A program made the position numbers and the translations under genes. The notes below the pieces were generated by a model. The model was given only the letters and a program-made list of their open reading frames with translations, had not been told where the DNA came from and did not search any database. Below, in pieces: positions 47,725 through 57,821 of a stretch of 64,000 nt of DNA (position 1 is its first letter; each line of letters starts with the position of its first letter). This stretch comes from Acidobacteriota bacterium (GTDB taxonomy: Bacteria; Acidobacteriota; Blastocatellia; Pyrinomonadales; Pyrinomonadaceae), in NCBI GenBank assembly GCA_020199995.1, contig JAIVJM010000016.1:10932-74931 (forward strand), written 5' to 3'.

Positions 47725-48630
47725 ATGCGCGCGCCACATAAACTCTTAAGTTGTCTCTTCGCCTGCGGCCTCCTCGCCGGGCTCGCCGCCGGGCAGGCCG
47801 GGCGGCGGCCCGACGCCGCGAGCACGATGCGCGAGCGCTTCGTCTCGCTCAATCTCTACGCCTCGCGCGCCGACGGCTCCGACACCCCCGTCACCGCCAA
47901 AGACGTTGCGCTCTACGACGCCGGGATGGAACAGGCCATCCAGAGCTTCACGCCCGACCCCAGCCCCGCACACATCGTGCTCCTCGTGGACAACTCGCTC
48001 GGACTGCGGGCCGACGTCGAGAAGCTGCAACAGGCGACGCGCGAGTTCGCCTACGAAATCTATGAGGGCGATCAGGTGATGGTCATCGGCTACGACCAGA
48101 ACGCCGAGATCATCTCGGACTGGACGGACGACGCGAAGAAGATTGAGCAGGCGCTGCCGACCTTCCGCAAGCGTGGCGAGCCGCATCTCTTCGACGCGCT
48201 CGCCGCTGTCTTGAACGACGCGCTCGTGCCCTTCTCGGCGCGCACGCGCAAGCGCGCCGTCGTGCTCGTCGCCGACGGCCTCGACCGCGGGAGCAAGTCC
48301 CACTTCGACGACATCCTCCGCACGCTTCAGGCGCAGGACATCACCGTCTACGCGCTGCAAATCCCCGACCGCACGGGCGGGGCTCTCAGGCGCGACCGGC
48401 TCAAGCCCGCGCAGGTCATCCAGAAACTCGTCGAAGGCACGGGCGGGCGCGTCCTCTCCGTCAATGAGCCGCGCGAGGCCGCCAAGTCAGTCTGCGACGA
48501 ACTGCGCCGTCACCGCTACGTGCTCTCATACACGCCCGCCTCAGTCCCCTTCTTCGGCACACGACGCCTCCTCGTCCTCCCGAACGAAGGCGTCAACGTG
48601 CGCCACAAGCTGGCGCATCCGGGGCAGTGA
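47725..48630 (+). CDS. Secreted VWA-domain protein (third paralog)
   Basis: Signal peptide. A MIDAS-like LLVDNSLGL. The same overall order as 31711 and 32998, and a C-terminal YVLSYTP motif. Confidence 0.75.
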   Translation: MRAPHKLLSCLFACGLLAGLAAGQAGRRPDAASTMRERFVSLNLYASRADGSDTPVTAKDVALYDAGMEQAIQSFTPDPSPAHIVLLVDNSLGLRADVEKLQQATREFAYEIYEGDQVMVIGYDQNAEIISDWTDDAKKIEQALPTFRKRGEPHLFDALAAVLNDALVPFSARTRKRAVVLVADGLDRGSKSHFDDILRTLQAQDITVYALQIPDRTGGALRRDRLKPAQVIQKLVEGTGGRVLSVNEPREAAKSVCDELRRHRYVLSYTPASVPFFGTRRLLVLPNEGVNVRHKLAHPGQ

Positions 48631-48824
48631 AAGCTGCCGCCTGAAGCTGCCGCCTTCCAAAACACAGAAGGGATGTGCGGCGCGTACGAGTCGTAGATAA
48701 AAGAGCCTGTAACTGAGCCGTTGCAGTTTGTCGCGTCGCGCGAGCTACACGGTGGGAGGGGCGCGGAAGGTTATAAACCGGGATGGCGCCGAGCACGGAG
48801 CGGAACTTTTTGACTGCGTTTCCC

Positions 48825-50111
48825 TTATCGCTGAGGACTGACTTTTCCCGCCTCAGACAGATAGCTCTCCAGTGCCGGCATCAAGAGGTGCGCGAACACT
48901 TCGTGCCCCTTCGGGTTGAGATGTCCGTCCAGCTCGAAAAACATTGAAGCTTCGTCAGCCCGCACGCGGAAGGCTTCGGTGACGTCGAAAACGCGCACCC
49001 CCGAACTCGCGCCGGCCGCGCCGATGGCCTCACTCGCCGCGTTCGATGTAACCATTTCCGGGACTAAGGAGAGGCCGAGGCGGCGACTGCTTTCAAGGTC
49101 TCGACGGCTGGCGTAAACCTTGTAGGGTATCGAGACCACTACCACTTCGGCCCGGTTTCCAGCCGCGACCTCCTTGATGTTCATGAGCGCCTGACTCATC
49201 GCCGAAATCATCGCCCGCACCGCCGGACGGCTCGTCTCCAACATCTCTATGAAGTAGTCCGGGCGCTTCAACGTGCCCTGCAACAGGCTCGGGTTGAGTT
49301 CGCCACGCTGGAAACGCTCTCTGACTTCACGGTCGAGCCGGTCAAAGCGCGTTCTTTCTTCCGTCGTTAGAGCCTGCAATATGCTCTCCGCCTGACTCTT
49401 CCATTCGGTGTTTACGAGCTGGCGGCTGAGAGCGCGCTTCCGCAGCAGAAAGAGAAGGTTCGGGTAGAGCCGGCTCATGACAGCGCCCGCCAAAGGGGAT
49501 GCGTCATCCCGCACGAAACTTTTCGCGGCCTCATGGCCCCCAGTCCTCGCGGGCGATGTTAACGATCCCTCTTCTCTCTTCAACTGCGCGAGGTCGTCGC
49601 CCTGCGTGATGCCCACGATCACGATATCAGGTTTCAGTAAAGGGATTGCCCTGACCGCGGTTTGCGCGTCCGCGACTGGAGAAGCGCCCGGCTGCCCCAG
49701 ATTGGCGACCTCGATGTCGTATCCGCGCTCGCGCAGACTCGCTTCGAGCACCTTCGGCCATGACTGCTCGGCGCTCACGCCCCACCCGTAGGTGAAAGAG
49801 TCGCCGATTACCAGGACCCTCGTCCCGGCCTCTTTGGTGAGTGTGAATTCGCGGTCGCGGAACCCGAGACGGTTGATGTGCGCCGTGAAAGAGAACTCCG
49901 GCGTTTGGTAAGTGAGCGTCGAACCGGGCGGGAAGATCAATCCGGCGGCTTCGACCGGCTTCTCGATAAATGAGCCGACCAGACGGTCGGCTAAAACTGT
50001 CAGCAGCAACGTGCCGAGGATGAAAAGCACAGGGACGATAATTTTTATCCCCGCGCTACGTCCGAGGCGGGTTCGGCGGTCGAGATGTCCGTGTGCTTCA
50101 GAGTTCGACAC
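48825..50111 (-). CDS. Membrane-anchored SGNH/GDSL-family hydrolase
   Basis: N-terminal TM helix, block I VLVIGDSFTYGWGV and block V ELDGHLNPKGHEVFA. Confidence 0.7.
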   Translation of the reverse strand: MSNSEAHGHLDRRTRLGRSAGIKIIVPVLFILGTLLLTVLADRLVGSFIEKPVEAAGLIFPPGSTLTYQTPEFSFTAHINRLGFRDREFTLTKEAGTRVLVIGDSFTYGWGVSAEQSWPKVLEASLRERGYDIEVANLGQPGASPVADAQTAVRAIPLLKPDIVIVGITQGDDLAQLKREEGSLTSPARTGGHEAAKSFVRDDASPLAGAVMSRLYPNLLFLLRKRALSRQLVNTEWKSQAESILQALTTEERTRFDRLDREVRERFQRGELNPSLLQGTLKRPDYFIEMLETSRPAVRAMISAMSQALMNIKEVAAGNRAEVVVVSIPYKVYASRRDLESSRRLGLSLVPEMVTSNAASEAIGAAGASSGVRVFDVTEAFRVRADEASMFFELDGHLNPKGHEVFAHLLMPALESYLSEAGKVSPQR

Positions 50112-50153
50112 TTGAGATATTTTGTTGAATTCCAGGACGGCCCATAACAGACC

Positions 50154-51797
50154 TTACCCGGTGCGCCCGGCGAGGTTGGCGACGACGGCGACCAACTCGC
50201 TCGGGCTAATCGGCTTCGGCACATGTATCTGGAAGCCTGATTGAAGCACCCGGATGCGAGCTTCTTCGCCCGCGTAAGCTGTCAGTGCCGCCGCCGCCGG
50301 AATCTTACCCCCGCGCTCCTTCCCAAGAGCGCGCACTTTAGCAATCAGGGAGTAGCCATCTTCATCCGGCATCCCGATGTCGCTGATAAGCACGTCGAAC
50401 GCTTCTTCCGCTACCGCTTCCAGCGCGGCGGCTGCCGAACTTGCCGTTTTCACCCGCGCCCCGCAGCCTTCGAGTATGAATTGCAGCAACTCACACGTGT
50501 CCGCTTCGTCGTCAACGACAAGCACACGGAGACCATCAAGCTCCGGCGGGCACTCGAACTCCGGCGGCTTAAACTCCGGCCTCTCCGGCGCGCTCCCGGT
50601 GTCGCTTGTCGCACTGCGCACCGCCATCAACGGCAGACTGACAGTGAAGGTCGAGCCAAGACCTTCACCCTTGCTGTCAACCCGCACCATCCCGCCATGC
50701 AATTCGACCAGTTGACGGACAATCGCTAAACCTAAGCCTAACCCGCCGAATGCTCGCGTGGTCGTCGCATCGGCTTGCCGGAAGCGGTCGAAGACGTGCG
50801 GCAGGAACTCCGGCGCGATGCCAAGACCTGTATCGCTGACTGTCATTTCGACATGTGATTCGACGCGCTCCAGTCGAATCAGCACGCGCCCGGCCTTAGG
50901 CGTAAACTTGATGGCATTCGAGATGAGATTCCACGCTACCTGTTGCAGCCGGTCAGGGTCGCCGGAGACTTGCCCCGCCGGAGAATCAAGTTGCAACTGC
51001 AAACGTATCTCTTTGGCCTCCGCCGCCGGGCGCAGGCCGTCAACCGCCGCGATGATGATGGCTCCGAGGTCAACGGGTTGCACGCTCATGCGCAGCTTGC
51101 CGGTGATGATGCGCGCGACATCGAGCAGATCGTCAACCATCTGCACTTGCATCTGCGCATTACGCCGGATGACTTCGGCGGCGCGTAAGGAAGTTACGGG
51201 GTCGAGCCTAGGGTCTCTTAACATCTCCGCCCACCCGACAATCGCAGTCAGTGGGGTGCGGAGTTCGTGCGAGAGCGTGGCGAGAAATTCATCTTTGAGA
51301 TGGTTCGCTCTCTCCGCGGTTTCCGTGAGCTCATGTTGCCGGGTTGCGGAGAGCAGGAGCTGTTCGTTCATCTCCACCGCTTGTCTTCGGAAGGACGCTA
51401 TCTCCGTCACATCGGTCACCTGAATGATGACCCCCACCGGGTGTTCGTCCGACCCGAGGATGGCCCACACCGAATAAGACCAGTAAACGGGTGGCGTTGT
51501 ATGGCTGTGCTCCTGCTCGACTAAAATCTCCGGCGTTCCCGTGCGATACACACGGTCTAAAAGCGGGAGACATCCATTTTCATCCCCTTCCGGCACGGCC
51601 TCGGCGAAGGGGCGTCCGATCAGTTCCTCTCGCTCCCTCCCGACAAGGCGCGCGAACGCGGCATTGAGGTGGCGCGCGATGTGCGTTGTTCCCTCGACGG
51701 CAACCATCGGCTGCGGTGAAAGTTCGGAAAAGTATCGGCACAGACGCACAATGTCGAAAGCCTGCGCCCCCGTGACTGACCATGGTTTCTCACGCAT
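50154..51797 (-). CDS. Hybrid sensor histidine kinase / response regulator (PAS-HisKA-HATPase-REC)
   Basis: H-box FLATLSHELRTPL, G-boxes (GLGIAPE, GGLGLGLAIV), and a REC domain (VLVVDDEAD...DVLISDIGMPDEDG...PKP). An AGGAG SD lies 9 nt after the kaiC stop. Confidence 0.9.
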   Translation of the reverse strand: MREKPWSVTGAQAFDIVRLCRYFSELSPQPMVAVEGTTHIARHLNAAFARLVGREREELIGRPFAEAVPEGDENGCLPLLDRVYRTGTPEILVEQEHSHTTPPVYWSYSVWAILGSDEHPVGVIIQVTDVTEIASFRRQAVEMNEQLLLSATRQHELTETAERANHLKDEFLATLSHELRTPLTAIVGWAEMLRDPRLDPVTSLRAAEVIRRNAQMQVQMVDDLLDVARIITGKLRMSVQPVDLGAIIIAAVDGLRPAAEAKEIRLQLQLDSPAGQVSGDPDRLQQVAWNLISNAIKFTPKAGRVLIRLERVESHVEMTVSDTGLGIAPEFLPHVFDRFRQADATTTRAFGGLGLGLAIVRQLVELHGGMVRVDSKGEGLGSTFTVSLPLMAVRSATSDTGSAPERPEFKPPEFECPPELDGLRVLVVDDEADTCELLQFILEGCGARVKTASSAAAALEAVAEEAFDVLISDIGMPDEDGYSLIAKVRALGKERGGKIPAAAALTAYAGEEARIRVLQSGFQIHVPKPISPSELVAVVANLAGRTG

Positions 51798-51806
51798 ATC
51801 GCACTC

Positions 51807-53324
51807 CTACTCATTACTTTCCGGTTCGTCCATTGACTCATGGATTTCTCCCGGTTCACCATTCCATGGGCCGGGAACTCCGGTGGTCAGACCGCGATAG
51901 CCCTCCAATCGCTCGCCGATGACAAGACCCTCGGAAGTGATTTCGAATTCGCGCATGTCTACGCTGTGTGCGCTGCGACGCATCTTGATGATGACCATCA
52001 TCTTGCGGAGTTGGCCGTTGATGGAGACGTACCGCAGGCGGAGGATGTCGTCACTCAGGAACGAGATCGCGTATGAGCTGAGGGTGAACTCGGTAAAAGT
52101 CTCCTGAACTTCAACGGTGCTGAGGATCGTCACGCCCGTCCTCGTGAGTGCGCCGATCATCCGGTACAGCGATTCCCGGAAGTCGGTGCGGAAGCCGGGA
52201 GCCAGCGCCATCTCGAACCCGGCCAGCGAATCTATCACCAGCCGCTTAGCGCCCAACGCCTCCACCGCATCTATGATTTCACGCACCGTCTCATCCACGG
52301 ACAGGTCGAGGGGGCGGATGTAGAGGAGTTTGAGTGTGCCCTCCTTCTGCGGCGTGTCCAGGTCAAGGCCAAAGCTGGCGGCACGGTCCGCGTACTCCTT
52401 GGGCCGCTCCTCGAACATCGCCACGATCCCCGGCTCCCCCTGACGGATGCCCTCGACGATGAACTTGGTACCCAGCAGCGACTTCCCCGTCCCCGATGAA
52501 CCCGCCACCAGCAAGCTGTCCCCTTCGGGAATGCCCCCGCCCATCATCTCGTCCAGTTCGGGGATACCGCTCGAAAGTCGACGATGCCCCTTGGGTTTCT
52601 CTTCACTGTCGTTGAGACCGAGGGTGCGCGGGAAGGTTTGCAGCCCCGCATCGGTGATGCGGAAGGTGTGCAGCCCCGGCACCGAGGCTTGCCCGCGCGA
52701 CTTCCTGATCTGCAACTTCCGCACGATGGAGTTCCGCTCTATCTGCTGCGAGAGCCAGAAGAATCCGTCGGCGACGGTGAAGACGGGGTTATCACGAATC
52801 TCGCCCTCGTCGTATTCTCCGATGAGAAACGTGGTCGCCTGCCAGCTCGTCAGATTAACGGCTAGCCGCTGGATGAAACCCTGAAGTTCCACGTCACTTC
52901 CGCCGGACTGTGCCTTCCGCACCACGGTGCGAAAAGAGTCCACCACGACGATGCCGGGACTGACCGCCTCGACCTCTTTGACAATCTCCTCCAGCACCGC
53001 GTTCAGGTCTTGATCGAGCACGACCTGACTGAGGTTGATGAAGCGGACCGAGGTGTTCAACTTGGTCTGGTCGAAAAATTGAAACTGCTGCTGATACCGC
53101 AGCATCTTGATGGCCGGTTCGCCCAGCACGGTGAAATACAGCGCGGGGCGCTCCGGCTTGGCATTGGCGAACATGATTTGATGAGCCAACGTCGTCTTCC
53201 CGCCACCGGGCGCGCCCGCGATGATGTTAAAAGAAAACTCCGGCAAGCCGCCGCCCAGAATCTCATCCAGACCCGGCACGCCGGTCGGCAGTGTCCGAAT
53301 CTCCACCTTGTCTTGCACGCTCAT
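51807..53324 (-). CDS. kaiC: KaiC-like double RecA-domain ATPase
   Basis: There are two Walker A motifs (GAPGGGKT and GSSGTGKS). GVPGLDEILGGGLP and GIPELDEMMGGGIP open each half. 505 aa. Confidence 0.9.
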   Translation of the reverse strand: MSVQDKVEIRTLPTGVPGLDEILGGGLPEFSFNIIAGAPGGGKTTLAHQIMFANAKPERPALYFTVLGEPAIKMLRYQQQFQFFDQTKLNTSVRFINLSQVVLDQDLNAVLEEIVKEVEAVSPGIVVVDSFRTVVRKAQSGGSDVELQGFIQRLAVNLTSWQATTFLIGEYDEGEIRDNPVFTVADGFFWLSQQIERNSIVRKLQIRKSRGQASVPGLHTFRITDAGLQTFPRTLGLNDSEEKPKGHRRLSSGIPELDEMMGGGIPEGDSLLVAGSSGTGKSLLGTKFIVEGIRQGEPGIVAMFEERPKEYADRAASFGLDLDTPQKEGTLKLLYIRPLDLSVDETVREIIDAVEALGAKRLVIDSLAGFEMALAPGFRTDFRESLYRMIGALTRTGVTILSTVEVQETFTEFTLSSYAISFLSDDILRLRYVSINGQLRKMMVIIKMRRSAHSVDMREFEITSEGLVIGERLEGYRGLTTGVPGPWNGEPGEIHESMDEPESNE

Positions 53325-53806
53325 GGTTTTTCCTCACCTCTCAAATGCGCTCCGTCCGTGGACGCCTCCGGCCATGTGTCAAGCACCAGGCGCAGAGTCA
53401 AAGCTTCGCCGATGAAGGTCGTCAGCAGTTCCAGCAGGTAGGCCACAAGAACCGCTCCGGCCTCTCCCGCCGCCGCCGCCCCCTCCCCCTCGCTCCCCTC
53501 GATTCCATCGAATCCCTCCACAGAGCCGTCCGCGCGTACCTGCACCATATTCAGCGAGGGAACTTCCGCCTTCGCCAGTGTCAGAGCGCGGGATAAAAGA
53601 GAGCGAAAGCCGTCAACTCCCGCGAGCCTGATGAGGTACAAACGTAACTCTCCAATGACCAGCGCCGCGACACCTACGCGTGCATCTGACGAGTTGGCGC
53701 GCGCCGCCTCAAACACGAGTAAGCGCCGGGCCAGTTCTTGATTTTGTGGTGAAGCCGTACTCATCGGGTGCGCCTCTGACGCCTCATTGTAACTGCTCTC
53801 AGACAT
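53321..53806 (-). CDS. Hypothetical protein translationally coupled to kaiC
   Basis: It makes an ATGA overlap with the kaiC start. 161 aa, or 147 aa from ATG 53764 with an AGAGG SD. I recognise no family. Confidence 0.55.
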   Translation of the reverse strand: MSESSYNEASEAHPMSTASPQNQELARRLLVFEAARANSSDARVGVAALVIGELRLYLIRLAGVDGFRSLLSRALTLAKAEVPSLNMVQVRADGSVEGFDGIEGSEGEGAAAAGEAGAVLVAYLLELLTTFIGEALTLRLVLDTWPEASTDGAHLRGEEKP

Positions 53807-53823
53807 GGGCTTTATTGGTGCTC

Positions 53824-54948
53824 TTACTCTACTCCTGCTTTGTCAGGAATAGTGAATCGAAACGTCGAGCCTTGACCGAGTTCACTTTCGACCGCAACCT
53901 CTCCGCCGTGGGCTTCAGCGAACTGCTTGACGATGGCGAGGCCGAGTCCCATCCCGCTTTTTTTGTCCGGGTCGGTTTCTAATTTATCGAACACTTTTTC
54001 CAGCCGGTCTGCTGGAATCCCTGCGCCGTTGTCGCTCACCCAGCATTCGATGAAAGCGGATTCTTTGATTATCTTCGCACCGACAATAACTTCTCCGTTC
54101 GGGGTGTAGTCAATGGCGTTAGAGATCAAGTTCTGAAAGATAAGGGTCAACATGTTGGCATCGGCGAACGCTGTCAACTCTTCGGGCACTTCGTTGGTCA
54201 AACACAGGTTCGAAGCTGCGGCCAGTGGACTGAGGTCGCTGACGAGCACTTCAACCAGCGCCCTCAGTTTTACTTCCTGCCGCTCCACCTTTTCGTTCAC
54301 CTGCGCCTTCAGATTCGCTTCTTCCCGCACTACTTTGACGACCAATGAATTTAAGCGGCTGACATTACGATGCATGGTTTCCAGTAACATGCTAGCCCGC
54401 TCGTCCTTCACTACGTCAGGGACTGTCGCTTCGAGAAGCTTGGCCGCCATCGCGATAGCTGAAAGTGGAGACCTCAGATCGTGGGCGACGAAGGTTAAAT
54501 GCTCCTCACGCCGTTGCTGTATCTCGAGAGCCTTTTGCGCGGCATACGTCTTCACCGCCAGACCGATTGAGACGTCAATAACGCGGTTGATGGTTCGGTT
54601 GACCACCCCACGAAGTCTCAAGTCATGCCTTTCGATAAGGTCCTGAATGACGCCGCGCAGGGCGTTGTATTCCGCCACCACCTCCTCGACATCGAATCCG
54701 AGGCGGAGCCGATCCAGCCCATGAGTAATAGGATTTTCTTTTAGTCCTTCGATCATCGACTCGTCGGAACACAGTTCAAGCTCACAGGCTAATTCCTCGA
54801 GCAAATCGGGGATGTGATCGTTAAGAGTCGGCACGTCGAGGTTATGCGCCACAGAAAGCTGTTGCACCTCGCGCCGCCATTCGGCGAGTAAGGTATCGCG
54901 CTCTCGTCTAATCAGCGCCGCCAGTGCGTCGAGATTTTCAGCCGACAT
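53824..54948 (-). CDS. Sensor histidine kinase with a helical RsbRD-N/globin-coupled-like N-terminal domain
   Basis: H-box FVAHDLRSPLSAI and an HATPase domain (SNAIDYTP, DNGAGIP, GMGLGLAIV). The N-terminal 150 aa resemble the RsbR-type non-haem globin sensor domain; this is from memory. Confidence 0.8.
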   Translation of the reverse strand: MSAENLDALAALIRRERDTLLAEWRREVQQLSVAHNLDVPTLNDHIPDLLEELACELELCSDESMIEGLKENPITHGLDRLRLGFDVEEVVAEYNALRGVIQDLIERHDLRLRGVVNRTINRVIDVSIGLAVKTYAAQKALEIQQRREEHLTFVAHDLRSPLSAIAMAAKLLEATVPDVVKDERASMLLETMHRNVSRLNSLVVKVVREEANLKAQVNEKVERQEVKLRALVEVLVSDLSPLAAASNLCLTNEVPEELTAFADANMLTLIFQNLISNAIDYTPNGEVIVGAKIIKESAFIECWVSDNGAGIPADRLEKVFDKLETDPDKKSGMGLGLAIVKQFAEAHGGEVAVESELGQGSTFRFTIPDKAGVE

Positions 54949-55035
54949 TTTTCTACTCCGTGAAGCGCCGGGTTGGATCGGGACAGCGCAGATATCATGT
55001 TTCGTTCAGAGATTCAACTATCTGCCGTCCTTCAC

Positions 55036-57447
55036 TCAACCTGATCGCTCTCGTTGAATGAGGCTCGCCATGACGGTCACCAGCTCGGCCAGCTCGACCG
55101 GCTTAGAGATATGCATCTGAAAGCCCGCCCTCAGCGCCCGCAGGCGGTCTTCGGTTCTCGCATACGCCGTCAGGGCGATGGCCGGTATTTTCCCTCCGCG
55201 GGCGGCAGGCAGCGCCCTTACTTTCCTGATCAACGCGTAACCGTCCTCGACCGGCATCCCGATGTCGCTGATTAAGAGATCGGGCCGCTCCGCTTCGATA
55301 GCTTCGAGCGCCTCTTGAGCGGAGCTGGTAGTCAAGACTTCCGCACCGCATTGGCCGATCCCGACCCTGAGTAACTCCCTCGTATCAGCCTCATCGTCAA
55401 CCACGAGCACCTTCAGCCCGTCTAATCTTTCGGGACAGGTGTATGAGAGGAGCGGGTCTCTGGCCGCCGGGTGGACGCGCTCCGCAAGTTTATCCTTTTG
55501 ATAGACCGGAACTACGGGGAGCTTCACGACGAAAGTTGCCCCCTGTCCTTCGCCCTGACTGTCAGCCTCGACCGTGCCGCCGTGCAGCTCTACCAGATGG
55601 CGGACGATTGCCAGCCCCAGTCCGAGCCCGCCGTGCTGGCGAGTCGTCTTCTGGTCGGCCTGACGGAATCGCTCGAAGACGTGCGGCAGAAACTCCGGTT
55701 TGATCCCGGCCCCCGTGTCGCTGACCGTGATCTCGATGTGCGAGTTGATGCGCTCGAGCCTGATTTGCACCCTCCCGTCTTTGGGGGTGAACTTGATGGC
55801 GTTCGACAGTAAATTCCAGACGACCTGTTGAAGACGCGCCGGGTCGCCCGCGACGGAAATCACGCCCGTGTCCATCACCTTCTGAATCCGCACGTTTTTA
55901 GCTTCGGCTGCCGGTCGCAGTGCCTCGATGGCCGATTCGATGAACGAGCCGGGCTCAACCTGCCTGACATCGAGGCGCAACTTGCCTGTAATGATCCTCG
56001 ACACGTCGAGCAGGTCGTCAATGAGCTGCGACTGCGCGCGCGCGTTACGTTCGATGGTCTCAAGCGCGCTGGTCGTACTTGTTCCATCGATTTGTCCGGA
56101 GCGCAGCAGGTGCGCCCAGCCGAGGATGGCCGTGAGCGGCGTCCGCAATTCGTGCGAGACGGTGGCGAGGAACTCGTCCTTCAGGCGGTTCGCTTCCCGC
56201 AGCTCTTCAGCCGTGCGGCGCTGCTCGTCAACGTCCGTGTTCGTGCCGAACCAGCGCACAATTTGGCCCTGAGAACCGCGGAGCGGATTGACGCGCGTCA
56301 GGAACCAGCGGAACACGCCGTCAGCACCCTTGAGCGGGAACTCCATCTCGAACGGCTCGCCGGTCTCGATTGATGCTTTCCATCTCTCGACCACTCGCGG
56401 CAGCATCTCCGCGTCGTGGACGGACTGCCAGCCCCACCCTTCCATCTGCTCGGGCGTCGTCCCCGTGTAGTCGTACCACCTCTGGTTATACCAGAAGATG
56501 TAACCCTCGGCATCGGCCATCCACACCAGCTGCGGCACGGCGTCGGCGAGCGTGCGGAGCTGCCCCTCGCTCTCCCGCAACGCTTCTTCAGCACGTTTGC
56601 GCTCGGTGATATCGAGCGACAGGTAGAGCACTGCCCCTGCCCTGCCGTTTCGCCCCGGCAGCGCAGTCCACGTGACTAGTAATTGCCGCCGTCCATTCGG
56701 GAGATCGACTTCAATCTCATCAGTTTCGCTGAGGCCGGTCGTGTACACGCGGCCCAGAATGGAAGCCACTACTTTGTCGGCTTCGGGCACGACTTCGGCG
56801 TGGGAGCGCCCCAGGAACTGCTCTTCAGAAAGACCCGTAAGTTCACACGTCTGCCGATTAACTAATACGAAACGGTGGTCCGGGCCCTCCATTATGCCGA
56901 TGGCGAGCGGGGCGTGCTCCAGCACGAGTTGGGTTAAGTTCCGCTGCCGCTCGGCCTCGGCCCGGGCCGACTGTTCGCGTGAAAGCAGCTCCTCAAGCTG
57001 ACTTCTGGAATTATGCAGCTCTTCTTCAGCCCGCTTACGCTCCGTGATGTCGCGCGTGAAGCAGCGCGTGTGGACAAACTTGTCCTCCTCCCACATCACG
57101 TTCGAGTTGATGAGCACGTGCCGGACCGATCCGTCCTTACATCTCAGTTGCGCCTCGTGGTCGTGGAGCGTCTCATTGTTCGTCAGCCGGCGCAGGATGT
57201 CGTTGATGACACCGCTGTCGGCGTGAAACTCGGTGATGCTGCGCCCGATATACTCTTCCCGTGTGTAGCCGAGCATGTCCAGCTCGGCCTGATTAGCCCA
57301 CAGGATCGTCCCGTCGGCCCCGACCCAGTGCAGGCAGACTGAGGCATTTTCGATAAAGTCGGCCAGCTCATGCTCGCGCCGGCGCAGCTCTTCGAGAGTA
57401 TTTCTCTCCTCAAGAGAGCGTTCAGGAATTACATCGTCAATAGCCAT
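55036..57447 (-). CDS. Hybrid sensor histidine kinase / response regulator with three PAS domains
   Basis: There are three PAS blocks, each ending in DITERK or TNTDVDE. H-box FLATVSHELRTPL, an HATPase domain, and REC (VLVVDDEADT...DLLISDIGMPVEDG...SKP). The start is ATG 57447, or TTG 57477 as in the track. Confidence 0.9.
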   Translation of the reverse strand: MAIDDVIPERSLEERNTLEELRRREHELADFIENASVCLHWVGADGTILWANQAELDMLGYTREEYIGRSITEFHADSGVINDILRRLTNNETLHDHEAQLRCKDGSVRHVLINSNVMWEEDKFVHTRCFTRDITERKRAEEELHNSRSQLEELLSREQSARAEAERQRNLTQLVLEHAPLAIGIMEGPDHRFVLVNRQTCELTGLSEEQFLGRSHAEVVPEADKVVASILGRVYTTGLSETDEIEVDLPNGRRQLLVTWTALPGRNGRAGAVLYLSLDITERKRAEEALRESEGQLRTLADAVPQLVWMADAEGYIFWYNQRWYDYTGTTPEQMEGWGWQSVHDAEMLPRVVERWKASIETGEPFEMEFPLKGADGVFRWFLTRVNPLRGSQGQIVRWFGTNTDVDEQRRTAEELREANRLKDEFLATVSHELRTPLTAILGWAHLLRSGQIDGTSTTSALETIERNARAQSQLIDDLLDVSRIITGKLRLDVRQVEPGSFIESAIEALRPAAEAKNVRIQKVMDTGVISVAGDPARLQQVVWNLLSNAIKFTPKDGRVQIRLERINSHIEITVSDTGAGIKPEFLPHVFERFRQADQKTTRQHGGLGLGLAIVRHLVELHGGTVEADSQGEGQGATFVVKLPVVPVYQKDKLAERVHPAARDPLLSYTCPERLDGLKVLVVDDEADTRELLRVGIGQCGAEVLTTSSAQEALEAIEAERPDLLISDIGMPVEDGYALIRKVRALPAARGGKIPAIALTAYARTEDRLRALRAGFQMHISKPVELAELVTVMASLIQRERSG

Positions 57448-57632
57448 CAGGATTATTTGACCCTTGGTGCAAAACAAGAGAAGCGCAGTGGGGGTTCTCT
57501 AACCGGACTTCTCATTAAACGGGGGAAATTCATTATACGAGGTAATACAAAGATGTACATCTCTACTATAGAGGATGTGAATGTTCCGGGGTGTGCTGTA
57601 GGCGCAGCTCCCAACGGTACTTTTCATTTCGG

Positions 57633-57815
57633 TCACTGCTTTCGCGAGTAGACGTAGAACATGACGCAGATGACGAGGACGAGGAGTGCTTCGAGCTGGA
57701 TGAAGTATTGGCGGTCGAAGCGGCCCGCGTCGTCGAAGGCGAGCGGGTAGAGAAAGAAGCTGCCGAAGGCGAGGCCGGCGGCGAGCCAGATGATTTGGCG
57801 CTTCCTGTCCCACAT
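57633..57815 (-). CDS. Possible small two-helix membrane protein
   Basis: MWDRKRQIIWLAAGLAFGSFFLYPLAFDDAGRFDRQYFIQLEALLVLVICVMFYVYSRKQ. The only support is the ORF and its hydrophobicity. Confidence 0.35.
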   Translation of the reverse strand: MWDRKRQIIWLAAGLAFGSFFLYPLAFDDAGRFDRQYFIQLEALLVLVICVMFYVYSRKQ

Positions 57816-57821
57816 CTTTTT

